Assembly: GCA_951406725.2 (NCBI GenBank)
Contig: OX597819.1
Coordinates: 108,252,001-108,316,000 of the forward strand
Length of the DNA stretch: 64,000 nt
Direction: 5' to 3'
Origin: Octopus vulgaris
Lineage: Eukaryota
The translations under genes and the position numbers were made by a program. Of the stretch, positions 25,050-37,639 are shown one piece after another. The notes beneath the pieces were generated by a model. That model had not been told where the DNA came from, searched no databases, and saw only the letters and a list, made by a program, of their open reading frames with translations. The first letter of the stretch is position 1. Every line of letters starts with the position of its first letter.

Positions 25050-27100
25050 AGCAACTTATACTATTACCACCACACCATCTTCAAGCTACCACTACTACAA
25101 CCACCCCACTACTACTACTACTACCACCACCACCACCACCATCGTCCTACTACCATTGTCCCCACCATTCTACCATGGCCATCACTGTCATCCTATTACT
25201 ACCATCACAATTATCCTATACCACCACCACCACCATTAAGATCCTATTACCACTGTCACCACCATCCTATTGCAACCACTACAATCACCCTATTTCTACA
25301 ATCACCACAATCCCACAAGTTTTGTCATCTTCATCTTACAACCAACACTACTATGTACCATACCACAGAGTAACTACTATTGCATACCATGACACTACCA
25401 ACACTACCACCACATCCCATACACCAGAACCACTACCATGATATCCCATACACTATTTATGACTAATACTCCATACACCACAAGAACCACCACTAAATAC
25501 CATTCACCACTGTAACCACCACCACATACCACTGTTACCATGACTACATACCATTCACCATTGTACCCATCACCACATACCATTTACCACAATATACCAT
25601 CATCACTACTACACTATGCACCACAAGCCAGCAAGGAAGGGTCTATATGATCAATCAACAAATTAAAAATAGCAGCCAAAGACCCTTAAACCACAACTTA
25701 CTGGTTAGGATAGCCACTACAATTACAATGAACACAAACTCCACCACCTTATGCAACTATAACTATTATTAATCCACCACTACAATCACAGCCATACTAC
25801 TATAACCACTACTGACACAACCACCAATACCAATACACTGTTTAAAAATATAGTCAAGATAGTCACAGCTGGAGTGTGCTTGGATCAATAAGGTCTACTC
25901 AATCATGGCTGACTTAGGGTTAAACAGCAACAGCTACCATTACTGCTACTAAGACCACAACCACAACTATATATTTTTAGTAGAGCAATTATTATTATAC
26001 TACCACAAGTACCATCAAAATCCACTATTACTACATTCCCTAGAACCACCACTACAAATCATATACCATTATAACAACCACCACCACTACAATTACAATG
26101 AACACAAACTCCACCACCTTATGCAACTATAACTATTATTAATCCACCACTACAATCACAGCCATACTACTATAACCACTACTGACACAACCACCAATAC
26201 CATATACCACTAACTACTATAATTAACAATACTATATACCACTAACTACTATAACTACCACCACCATCAACACATGCACCACTAGAACCACCAACACAAC
26301 TATTACAATCATCAAGACATATATCACTACAACCACAACCATCACAGCCACCACCACCACCATACTATTGTAACCACAACCAACATAACCGACAACACTA
26401 AAAACTACTATGATTACCAGCACCACCCACCATACTCGACCACCACCACCACATGCCATACACCACTACAAGCCCCATCACCTTATAATATGCACTACTA
26501 CCACTATAACTATGACAATGAGGCAGCCCGGTGTAACTGGTGCTGCAAATATGTCTGAGGTAGCTGCTGCACCTGAAGAAAACATCTCTCAGTTGCACTG
26601 AAATGCATCAGGAGCAGGAGGAGCAGGAAGGAAGCAGCATGAGTGGTAGTGGCGTCAGTGGAGGAGGTGGTGGCAGCAGTGGTGTTGGGGATGAGAGTAG
26701 TGGTAGTTGTTGTGATACCAGTTGTGGCGATGGCAGTGGTAGTTGTGATGGTGATGGTATTAGTCGTGGTGGTTGTGGTTGTAGTAGTGGTGGGAAAGCT
26801 GGTTAGTTGTGGTGGTGGTGGTGATGGTTGTGGTTGTAGTAGTGGTGGGAAAGCTGGTTGATAAAGCAGTCTCAGTACTATCAGTACTACATGACAGAAA
26901 CTAACACCACTCCGCTGCACATTACATCTTGGGTGGTTGTGGTGGTGGTAGTGATAGTAGTAAAGGTTGTGGTAGTGGTGGGATTTACCTGTGATAGTGG
27001 TAGTTGTAGAAGCAACGGTGGTAATGGTAGTGGTAGTAGTAGTGGAGTAGCAAGTGGTATCAATGTTGTTGTAGTTACAGCTGTAACTATTATGTTACAG
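25050..27100. repeat. Cryptic trinucleotide low-complexity region (ACC/ACT-rich, switching to GGT/AGT-rich after ~26640)
   Basis: Seen directly; source of the poly-T/H/V ORFs. Confidence 0.85.
26510..26597 (-). CDS. Possible terminal coding exon (ATERCFLQVQQLPQTYLQHQLHRAASLS*)
   Basis: Unique island within low-complexity DNA with acceptor-like ctgatgcatttcag|. Its phase is compatible with the candidate donor at 45521. No homology recognised. Confidence 0.2.
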
Positions 27101-27391
27101 ATATAATAATTATGTTGCGATAATTATGCTATTGAGATAATGTTAGGATAATAATGTTGTTTTATTGATAATGATGTTACTTTTATTTTTCCAAGTGATA
27201 TTACTGTAATATTACAGTTGTGATATGACTGAGTTTGAGATATTATTCATGTTGTGATATAGCTGTAGCTAAGATATTACTAATGTTGTAACATTGCTAT
27301 TATTACTGATATAATATTATGGCTATTGTAATATTATTGTTATAGTATTGATGTAATTGTTTGTAATATTACTATTGTTACAGTTGTTGTA

Positions 27392-27446
<55 letters not shown>

Positions 27447-27811
27447 TGTTCCAATACAGCTGCAAGCATAGTCACGTGGTTAAGAAGTTTACTTCAGAAC
27501 TACATGGTTTCGGGTTCAATTGCATCACAAGGTTGACCAATGTCTTGTCAGTTAAACTGATAGATAGAAATTGTACTGAAGCTCATCAGTTATGTGTATG
27601 TGTTTTTATGAGTCTTTGATTATGTCCTGTAACGTTGCAGTTCAGCACATAGAGATCAATGAAAAACTGCCAGACTTAAAAATAAATACTACGGTTAATA
27701 CTATTGACTATAACCTTTCAAGACAGTGCCCCAGTATGGCCACTTCCCAATGACTAAAGCAAGTAAAAAAAAAATAAAAGAATACTGCTGTTATTGTGAT
27801 ATTGCTGTATT

Positions 27812-28025
27812 CTTTTCTACTTTAGGCACAAAGCCCGAAATTTTAGGGAGAGGGTCAGTCAATTAGATTGACTCCATTACGCAACTGGTACTTAATTTAT
27901 CAACCCCGAAGGGATGAAAGGCATAGTCGACCTTGGTGGAATTTGAACTCAGAATGTAAAGAGAGACAAAATACTGCTAAGCATTTCTCCCAGCATGCTA
28001 ACATTTCTGCCAGCTTGTTGCCTTT
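27812..28025 (-). mobile_element. tRNA-derived SINE (family 1)
   Basis: Reverse complement of 44446-44600 (gaatttgaactcagaa B-box; ggatgaaaggc; actggtacttaatttatc). Further decayed minus copies at 28200-28625, 7430-7540, 38560-38700, 42400-42870 and 63403-63495. Confidence 0.85.
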
Positions 28026-28633
28026 GCTGTATTGAAATATAAATAACAATTGTTAAAACATTTGTGTTGTTATGATGATATCTCTGTTATGGAACTGCAG
28101 CTTCTATAACCTAAATACACATGACGTTCCTTTAATATTGTAACTCAACAATCATAACTTATTTTGTCTGAAAAAAATTGCTAATTTTGCAGTGCAAATT
28201 GATAGTTATTTGAATTCATTCTAGTATATTACTGATACTTATTTTACTGACACCTTTCCCCAAGAGAAATTAAAGTCCATGTCAAATGAGCTGAGATTTG
28301 AACTCAGTTTATTTTATTGATCCTGGCGAGATGAAAAACAAAGTCAACTCAAAGTTTTCGAACTTAAATTCTTTTATTGTGTGGTACTCTACAAATCCAT
28401 CATTCAAGGAATTCAAGTAATAACTGTTTTTCACATAAGCTAGATATTTGGGAAAAGGCAACAGTTCATTATATCAACCCCAGAACTTACTGGTGCTACA
28501 TTTTATTGACCCTGAAAAATGAAGAGTGAAGTTGATCTCATCAGAATTTGAACTCAGAACATAAAAAGCTGTAACTAAACATTGCAAAGAATTTTGTCCA
28601 ATGCTCTAATGAATCTTGCTAATTCACAACCTC

Positions 28634-28790
28634 CATCATCATCATCATCATTTAATGTCCATTGTCCATGCTGGCATGGGTTGGACAGTTTGACTGAGTT
28701 GGCATGCTGGAAGGCTGTGCCAGGCTCCAGTCTGATTTGGCACAGTTTTCTACAGCTGGATGCCCTTCCATATGCCAACCACTCCATGCT
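28634..28790 (-). mobile_element. RTE-type LINE 3' tail
   Basis: (CAT)n tttaatgtcc..tccatgctggcatgggttggacag...tttctacagctggatgcccttcc. Confidence 0.8.
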
Positions 28791-28969
28791 TCCTGAAATT
28801 CGCCAACACTACACTCCCCCTCCATATGCATGCACACATGTATATCATGACTCATACACTGTTCACTTTCCTGACTTTTGCACATAATTCTATGTACTGT
28901 ACATGCACCTTTGATGAGTTGTAGTGCACCTCAGCACTATACACAATAATTTCATTATCATTTGGTTCA

Positions 28970-29182
28970 AGGCAGAGGAGGAGAAGGAAGCAGAGGAAGA
29001 AGAAGAAGAAAAAGAAGAAAAAGAAGAAGAGTGGGGAGGAAGAGGAGGGGAGGGGATGGGGAGGAAGAGGAGGAGGGAAGAAGAAGAAGAAGAAGAAGAA
29101 GAAGAAGAAGAAGAAGAAAAAAGAAGAAGAAGAAGAAGAGGAGGAGGAGGAGGAGGAGGAGGAGGGGCGGGGAGGAGGAGGA
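28970..29182. repeat. (GAA)n/(GGA)n purine tract
   Basis: Seen directly. Confidence 0.92.
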
Positions 29183-29559
29183 TTTAATAATAAGTGATGA
29201 AAGAAACCTCTTTCAAATAACCAATTCAAAACAATTGCGAAAAATAATAGAAGTACTGGGAGGTTTCTGTAATCCAAAGTAGAAACACAAAATACAAAAA
29301 CTAAAAGGATAAAGAACAGAAACCATATGTAATTTAGATAGTTTGTCATTGATGGAATTGTTGTAGTGTTATTAACAGTTTACATATCACATGGCCTGAT
29401 GTACAGAACACACCCAGTGTACTGGATATGTAAAACTAGAGTAAAATTATGCAAGATGTAACATATATGCAGATGATCAGAAAGGCAAAGTCACACACAT
29501 GGAAATGGATGGATGAAGAATAGATAGGTGATAGCTAACTAGGTGGCTAGTTTATGCAT

Positions 29560-29658
29560 GCATACATACATACATACATACATACATACATAGGCAGGCA
29601 AGCAGGCAGGTAGGAGGTTAGATATGTAGGTAGGTACACTGATAGATAGATAGATAGG

Positions 29659-29725
<67 letters not shown>

Positions 29726-29810
29726 GTAGATAGATAGATAGACAGACAGGCAGGCAGACAGACAGAAAGGTAAGCAGACTGATAGGTAGGTAAGTACATA
29801 TGGGTGGATG

Positions 29811-29875
<65 letters not shown>
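29560..29875. repeat. (CATA)n/(GATA)n tetranucleotide microsatellites
   Basis: Seen directly. Confidence 0.92.
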
Positions 29876-30246
29876 GGAAATTATCTTGTAAGGTAGTTAA
29901 CTAGATAGGTAGATAGAGAGATAGACAAAGAAGCAGATATGCAAACAGATTGCAAACTAAGAGGGATAAATCTTGCAACAGGATGTTACTTAAGAGATTT
30001 AAATTGAACCAGTGATAAACAGATTTATAGTAAAATTTTTAATGAATCCAATGAAGGCAGTTATCCATTGGAGGAGAGAAGTGTCATGTGGTTTTGAGAT
30101 GAATCCAGTAACAGAGTTAAAGATTTTGAAAGTGTCCAGCAGAAAAAAGAACTATAGTGATGTTTTGAGATCCACTGGAATATAAACTGTTGAAAAGTTT
30201 CAGTATGGATCAAGTGTATGTGTTTGTGAGAGAGACAGATAGAGGA

Positions 30247-30280
<34 letters not shown>

Positions 30281-30420
30281 GCAGATAGAGGAAGGAGGGA
30301 AGTGTGGTTGTTAGAAAGAAAGAGATAAAGTATGCAAAATGGAACAATAAAGGATAAAATCTAGATGGGTTATCAGGTAAGATATATCAATAATTAGTTA
30401 AGATATATAGACAGCTACAA

Positions 30421-30660
30421 CAGTGTTTCTCAACCGGGGTCCATGTAAGATTTTGTTGTTAAAAATTATGTGTAATAAATTGGTTATACTTCTAAAATAC
30501 AAAATATTTCAACACTTTTTTTTAATGCAATTAATAATATTTCATTATAAAAATGAGATTTTTTAAACATCAAATGGTCATGGGGGTCCAGTAGAGTAAA
30601 ATAGGAATCAAAGGGGTTCATAGGTAAAAAAAAAAAGGGGGGGGGGGTTGAGAAACACTG
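30421..30660 (+). mobile_element. hAT-type (Charlie-like) MITE
   Basis: Perfect 15-bp TIR CAGTGTTTCTCAACC / GGTTGAGAAACACTG; 8-bp TSD agctacaa / agctagat (6/8 match). The body matches 15011-15257. Confidence 0.9.
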
Positions 30661-33257
30661 AGCTAGATTGTCAAGGTAGACTAGAGAGATATTCTATACA
30701 TTAGTTAAAGATCAGATAGACTGGATACATAGGTCAGACAAATAGACCAGATAATTGGATGTAAAGCTTAATATGAAAGGAAGACAGCGAGGAAGAGAAG
30801 TAGAAGGGAGATGGAGATAGATAGATAGAGAGGGAGAGGGAGAAAGAAAGAAAGAGAGAGGGAGACTGCGTGGCTTTAAGATAGGTTCATTAAGTGCAAT
30901 CACTGCTCAGTCAACAACTACACATGCACACCAATTTCCTTGAGTGACATCCTGTTCAGTTAAGAAGTTCTAACATCACAGCATCCCTCTCATCAATGAT
31001 ACTGCAATAGTGACATAGCAGACAGTCGGCAGAGAATGCAAGCAGCAACAACACCGACAGCAATATCAATAGATTTATGCAGGCAAGATGCAGCGACGGC
31101 AAGCACTGACATTGGCAGAAGTGAATAAATAGAAACAGCTGCAGAACCTGGCCACCACCTACCACTCTCTTCATCGTATCAAATCATATCGGATCAAATC
31201 AGATTAAATTGGATCAGATGAAGGAAGATAAAAAGAAATAGAAATTAAACAATTCAGGTCCAGAGAACATCGATCCATGCAGGCCATCTTTGTTCAAGGG
31301 AGGTAATTGGCATCTGTTGCAAATCACTTAGCCATACTGACAGTAATGCAGGGAAGGTTATTGTTTTGTTATTTAGCCTCAAGTCAGCAATTACCCAGAA
31401 GACCTATGATCAAAGGCATTCCGATCATGACTAACCCATCCTTTTCAAAAGCATAGGACTACATCATCCAGTACACTTTATAGAGTGTACTGGGTGCTTT
31501 TATGTGACACCAGCAGCAGTGAGGTCACCAAATAACTTACAAGACATGACCACCTTCAACTGAGGTGGGGAATAGTATCAAGGAAGATGACTTTGTGCCA
31601 GGTGATGAGAGGCTAGGGTGTGAATAGAGGAAGAAAAATAAGTGATACACAGCTTCCTCAGTAGGGGAGAGTGAGAGGGTGAGAGAGGAAAAAGGGAGAG
31701 AAGTTGAGAGATGGTGCAGATGTGATGGGTTAGGGTTACAAAGAGGTGTATATATGTGAAGCGGAACCCAAGGATTGGATAAGATGAATGGGTAGGTAAG
31801 TTAGTGAAGTTTTGAAAGGAGGAGATGGAGGTGATGGAATGTAGTGAGTGGACAGAAAGAGGAAAGTGGTGTTAGGAGGATATGGGGGGGGGGTTCAACA
31901 GGGACACATTGTATGCAATGTATTTTCTATTGCCCCATCAGGTGCACCCCATGTTTCTGAGTTATGTCCATTGTATTTTTGGAGAGAGATATCTGGTTTT
32001 TCTTAATTATGGAGTTTGTTTTGTTGTTTCTGATATTAGCAGACAGAATCATCAGAGCATCCATCAAAATCCTATGAGGTATTTAGTTGCATCACTCAAC
32101 ATTTCTGAGTTGAAATCCTACCAACGTCAACTTTATCTTAAAACCCTCTGGGATCAATGAAATATAATACCAATTAAGTATTGGGGACAATTCAACTGAT
32201 TAACCTCTTCCCCTAAATTTCAGGCTTTATACCTATATTACAAAGAATCTTATAGCTATGGATAGATAGAATCATCAGAGCAGTATTTCTAATGGCTCTT
32301 TATGTTCTGGGTTCAAATCCCACCAAATGCTAAACCTCATAGAAATAGAAACCAAATTCCCCTCAAATCAGAGCATAAAGCTTTAAAAAAGAAAGGGCTC
32401 ATGAAATAGTGTAGTCCTTGGTACATGTGTCTGAAAAAATAAAAGATAAGGTGGTCATAGCTGGAACTCCAATAATCATAGGTTTGTTCAAACAGCCTGA
32501 CTTGGGACCAAACAATGACATAACATCAAACCAGTGAACAGGCCTTCTATTTGGTAGCCTGACTTCATTGAAGTAGCAACAAATCTCACTTAAATTACAC
32601 CCTACTGTCTTGAAATGTACCAGTCATATATTGGAGTTAGATTAATTGGGTAACTGCTCCCCAATGTTTCAGAGCATGCACCTATGTTGAAAACAATTAT
32701 TTTCATCCTTTGGGAATTGACAAAATAAAGTACCAGTCAAGTGCTGGGGTTAGTGTAATCAAGTAAACCCACCTCCACAAGTTCTTGCATTGAGCCTATA
32801 TCGGAAAACATTCTTATTATTGTTGTGAAGGTGGCAAGCTGGCAGAATCATTAGCACGCTGGATGAAATGCTGAGCGGTATTTCACTTGTCACTACATTT
32901 TGAGCTTAAATTCCGCAGTGGTTGACTTTGCCTTTCATCCTTTCAGAGTTGATAAATTAAGTACCAGCTGCATACTGGGGTCGATCTAATCGACTGGCGC
33001 TCTCACCAAAAGTTTCAGACCTTGTGCCTATAGTAGAAGTGATTATTATTATTATTCAGGCAACAAACTGGCAGCACACCAATCAATATGCATTGCAGCA
33101 GTTCTTTAAACTTTTATGTTCTGATTTCAAATTCCAGCAAGGTCACTTATGCCTTTCATACTTTTGGTATCAATAAAATAAGTAGCAGTTGAGCACTGAA
33201 GTCCCCACGATTAGCACACTTCTCCAAAATTTCAGGCCTTGTGCCTATAGCAGAAAG

Positions 33258-33768
33258 AATTATTATTATTATTATTATTATCATTATTATTATTATTATT
33301 ATTATTATTGAGTGAGAGAGCAGTGCATGCCATCAAAGTGACACCGGGGTAAAATATATGAAGCCAAATATACCCATCATGACTACCCGTCTGGTAAGGG
33401 TACACCAGGCACATGCATCACAACCATGCATGCGCGACATGGTGATCTCATATCGAGATAAACAGTGCATGACCTTGCAGGTGGGGCCCAGTTAGAATTT
33501 TCTTCTGGTCGAGTAGCCCATCCCGTTCAAAAGGCCCCTGAATAAGGGTCGTTTAAGGATGTTGAAAGAACCACCCATGTTTCCAAAGGTGAATTATCCA
33601 AACCCCTAAGAATTCCTCTCAGCACACAACTATGATGCTCCCCCACTACCTCTGCTTCTGATCAGAGATGCACATATCGTCAGCCACTAAGGGACATGCT
33701 CAACTGGTTCAGGTCAAACAACTGACAAGCAAATCTGTGGTATTGAGCAGAATATTTGCTGTAGCCTA
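33258..33768 (-). mobile_element. Probable non-LTR retroelement 3' region with an (AAT)n tail, inserted in the SINE cluster
   Basis: GC-richer ~460-bp block with no ORF, abutting a long (ATT)n. It is single-copy in this window, so the class is inferred. Confidence 0.4.
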
Positions 33769-33870
33769 TAATTATTATTATTACTACTACTACTACTACT
33801 ACTATTATTAAATTCAGAAAATGGAGATAAAGCATTAAAATAATTTATTAACTGCAAAAAGTCAATATAT

Positions 33871-33950
33871 TCTCTTACAGCTGTTTTGATTTTGCCCAAA
33901 GAATTCCAGTAATTAAAAAACAATTTATTGAGCAAAATCTCATCAGAGAT
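33871..33950 (-). ncRNA. Type-I hammerhead ribozyme motif (G12A), left arm of an inverted pair
   Basis: Minus strand: tct-CTGATGA-gattttgctcaa...ttgggcaaaatc-AAAA-CAGCT-GTA-aga. Long stem II and palindromic stem III ACAGCTGT. Confidence 0.75.
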
Positions 33951-33994
33951 TTGGAAATATAACATCTAATAACCTAATGGTATGTCTTTTCTAC

Positions 33995-34078
33995 TCCTCT
34001 GATGAGATTTTGCCCAATAAAATGTTTTTAATTACTGGAATTTAATTCTTTGGGCAAAATCAAAACATCTGTAAGAGA
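33995..34078 (+). ncRNA. Type-I hammerhead ribozyme motif (G12A), right arm of an inverted pair
   Basis: ct-CTGATGA(33999-34005)-gattttgcccaa...ttgggcaaaatc (perfect 12-bp stem II)-AAAA-CATCT-GTA-agag. Confidence 0.75.
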
Positions 34079-35102
34079 ATATGTTGAATTTTTTGCAGTT
34101 ATTTATGAATATTACTTTTCACAAAAAAAAAAAAGATAATGAACCAGTAATTCATTGGATATTTTTATCCCTTACTGAGGCTATTTTAACCTCTATTTAA
34201 ATATTATTATCATTATCATTATCATCATTATATTTGGCAACAAGGTGGCAAAATTGTTACTGCACCAATTGCTGCCCTTGTAATTAATTTATTTCTTCCC
34301 TGAAATTGCTGGCCATGCTATAGTAGAAAGGATTATTATTATTATTATTAAGGTGGTAAGCTGGCAGAATTATTACCACACCAAGCAAAATGCTTAATGT
34401 TATTTCATCATCTTTACATTCTGAGTTCAAATTCACAGAGGTCAGCTTTACCTTTCATCCTTTCAGGGTTGATAAAATAAGTACCAGTTGAACACTAGTG
34501 TCATTGTAATTGACTTATCCCCTCCCCTGAAATTGCTGGCCTTGTGCCAAAACTTCAAATCATATTATTATTATTATTATTAAGGTGGAGAGCTGGCAGA
34601 ATCATTAGCAAGCTGGGCAAAATGCTTAGCAGTACTTTGCCACTACATTCTGAGTTCAAATTCCGCCAAAGTCAACTTTGCCTGTCATCCTTTCGGGGTC
34701 GATTAAATAAGTACCCGTTACACGCTGGGGTCAATGTAATCGACTTACCCCCTCCCCACAAATTTCAGGCCTTGTGCCTATAATAGAAAGGATTATCATT
34801 ATTATTATTATTAAGGCATCGAGCTAGCAGAATTGTTAGCATGCCAAGCAAAATGCTTTGTGGTATTTCGTCTGTCTTCGTGTTCTGAGTTCACATTCCA
34901 CCGAGGTCGACTTTGCCTTTCATCCTTTCAGGGTCAATTAAATAAGTACCAGTTACGCACTGGGGACGATGTAATCAACTTTATCCTTTCCCCCAAATTT
35001 GAGGACTTGTGCTTCCAGTAGAAAGGATCATTATTGTTGTTGCTGTTGTTGTTATTGTTGTTGTTATTATTATAATTATTATTATTATCATTGTTGTTAT
35101 TA

Positions 35103-35136
<34 letters not shown>

Positions 35137-36079
35137 GCGGTGAGCTGGCAGAATCATTAGCTTGCCAGGCAAAATGCTTAGCAGCATTTCGTCCTTCTTT
35201 ATGTTCTGAGTTCAAATTCTGCTGAGGTCAACTTTGCCTTTCATCCTTTTGAGGTTGATGAAATAAGTACCAGTTACACACTGGGGTCGATGTAACTAAC
35301 TGAACCCTTCCCTCAAAATTTCAGGCCTTGCGCCTATAGTAGAAAGGATTATTATTATTATTATTATTATTATGTTCAATTTTATATTATCAGTATTATT
35401 GTTAATATGATGACAATGATGATGATGATGATGACGATGATGATGACGATGATGAAAACAGCAAAAGGAAGAAATGAAAATAAAAACTGTTGTGAGTCAG
35501 AAATAAATGATTCAAAGGAAAAGCAACATCCGGGAATAAATAGAAAACAAAAAAGAAAAAAAGAAACACGGAACTATAAAGATGCTTCAACTATTCATTT
35601 TATGATATTGTCATTGATACATTGATACTGAGATCAATATATACATTGTTATTGATTTCTGCAACACACTATTGGATCCCAAGCTTTTGAGAAATAACGA
35701 ATGATGAAATCACAACAGAAGAAAACTGCTAGCAAGAAGAGAACCATTAACAGTACATTCAGCCCCAATTGGCACTTAACAGGCCCCTGGATGGGCACTC
35801 AACCTGCTAGAAATAACAGACAATCTCCCTCAAATTACATTAAACATCTTAGAAAAACAAGTAGACAGTGGATAATAAGCTGGTCTGTCTGGAGTTAAAC
35901 AACAATACTAAAACCAACACTACTCTTAACATTTGCATCATTACATCATTACCAACAGGAATGCTTCTATATGGTTGTCTGAATTACTAGAAATAATAAC
36001 CAAATTTCATTTAAATCAATGCCTACTGTCTTTGAGAAACTGGCATGTATGAGTATATTTTACAATATAGGTAGGTAGG

Positions 36080-36410
36080 GGGGCTCAGAAAGGGGTCTCA
36101 GGGAGTAGTGTCTCTGCTTTCCTGAGCTAGTTTTCCACCACACTTCTTAAAAATTGTGGTAGAGGCCTTGGTCTCGGGACCACTCATGTCTAGAAACTGA
36201 AGTTAGGGGTAAGCAAGGGCATGCTCCCCATAGAAAATTCAGCTCCAAAAAAGCATCATGATAGCAAGGGAGAATGGGCACCAAGCCAGCCCAAAGGTTG
36301 GGGTGGGTTGCACCTGCCTGCCTCAATTGCTATGGCATTGAGGTAGATCCAGCCACCCCCATAAACAGGGACAAAACCCAGATTTAAAACACTTGATGAT
36401 GATGATGAGA
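36080..36410 (+). mobile_element. Probable retroelement 3' end with (GAT)n tail (a different family)
   Basis: GC-richer block ending ttgatgatgatgatga, apparently inserted into an (AAC)n-tailed repeat (35960-36040 / 36420-36515). Confidence 0.4.
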
Positions 36411-37639
36411 ATTAAATACATAATGCCTGAATAAAAAAGACAGGATGGTCATGGCTGGAACACTTTTGATTAGAGTGTCTGTTCAATAAAGGTAGACATT
36501 GGACTAAACAACATCAGTATCAACATCATTGGGATTAAATAACACTATAATAATCTTCACTTGGATGTGTTGTGTGTATATACATGTGCAGTCATGTATG
36601 AACATATGTATATATTTGTATGTGTATGCATACATATATGTATGTGCTTGTGTGTGTATGCAGGTATGTATGTATATATATTTATATGTGTGTATGTATA
36701 TAGGTGTGAGTGTGTGTGTGTGTGTGTATGATTGCAAGTATGTATATACATACATTTGCATGCAGACATCCTGTATATATATCCTCCTGCACCATCATTA
36801 TACCCCACCTTTTCAACTCCCACCCTGCTTAGCTTTCCCTTTCAACCATTAATCTGCAAGAGTTTAAGATCAAACTGAACTTTAATCCTATTTACTTCAA
36901 CCTATTACACACCACCCACCACACATATACACACACTTTTCCAAGCTATTGAAAGATCCTCTATATGGTTGCTCAAATTACTAGAAATAGCAGCACAATT
37001 TTCCTCAAATCACACCTGTGAAAAATTGAAGAAGATATGGGATAATCTAGACCTAATTACATTATGTCTAGAAAAAGACATGACCATGGCTAGAATTCAT
37101 AGTCTCCTCAAAGAGGCTTGGCCTGGGGCTAAATACCAACCACTACCTACCAATGTTTAATTCAAATCTACAATAGCTATTTCATAATGTATTTGGTGAG
37201 TATACTTGATTCTAGAATCACTAGTTTCAAGGATCAGCAGCCACTTTTTAAAATCATTAACTTTCGGTATTTTAAATCATTAACTTTTAAAATCATTAAC
37301 TTTCACTATTTTTTTTTTGTTTTGTACAAAGCCTGCATGTACATTATATCATATCTTACAAATAAAAATATCCATATATAATACTTCATTTCCATCACAC
37401 AGCAAAAATCAAACAAATCATGTTACAAAAGACTCTAAAATCACGATACTAAGAAAACTGTCTAAAAGTTCAATGAGCTAGAAATACATGCAATTTGAAA
37501 GATTTTTTTTAAAGAAAATATCTGAGGCCCACAGAAAAGAAACCTCGATGATTTACTTGTGGATCATGGTTCATTTCTTGCTGACCTCCAGCCAAACTGT
37601 CAGTAATAGGAATCAGATCATTGGGAATGCATTTGTTTT

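Larger units (their letters stand above)
32030..35350 (+). mobile_element. Head-to-tail cluster of family-1 tRNA-derived SINEs separated by (ATT)n tracts
   Basis: Near-complete copies at 32829-33043, 33058-33258, 34351-34563, 34582-34793, 34813-35030 and 35137-35350; partial or decayed copies at 32030-32330, 32610-32820 and 34240-34333. Each carries gctggcagaat..ttagca, ttctgagttcaaattc and gcctttcatcctttc...aagtaccag. Confidence 0.9.

Noticed and set aside
26557-26564. TGAGGTAG (let-7 5' end / CTACCTCA target site)
   Set aside because: The rest does not match let-7, and the 8-mer also occurs near 36338 and 49063, consistent with chance.
32030-35350. Repeat-spacer periodicity resembling a CRISPR array
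   Set aside because: Units are ~210-bp SINEs with microsatellite spacers in eukaryotic DNA; no cas genes.
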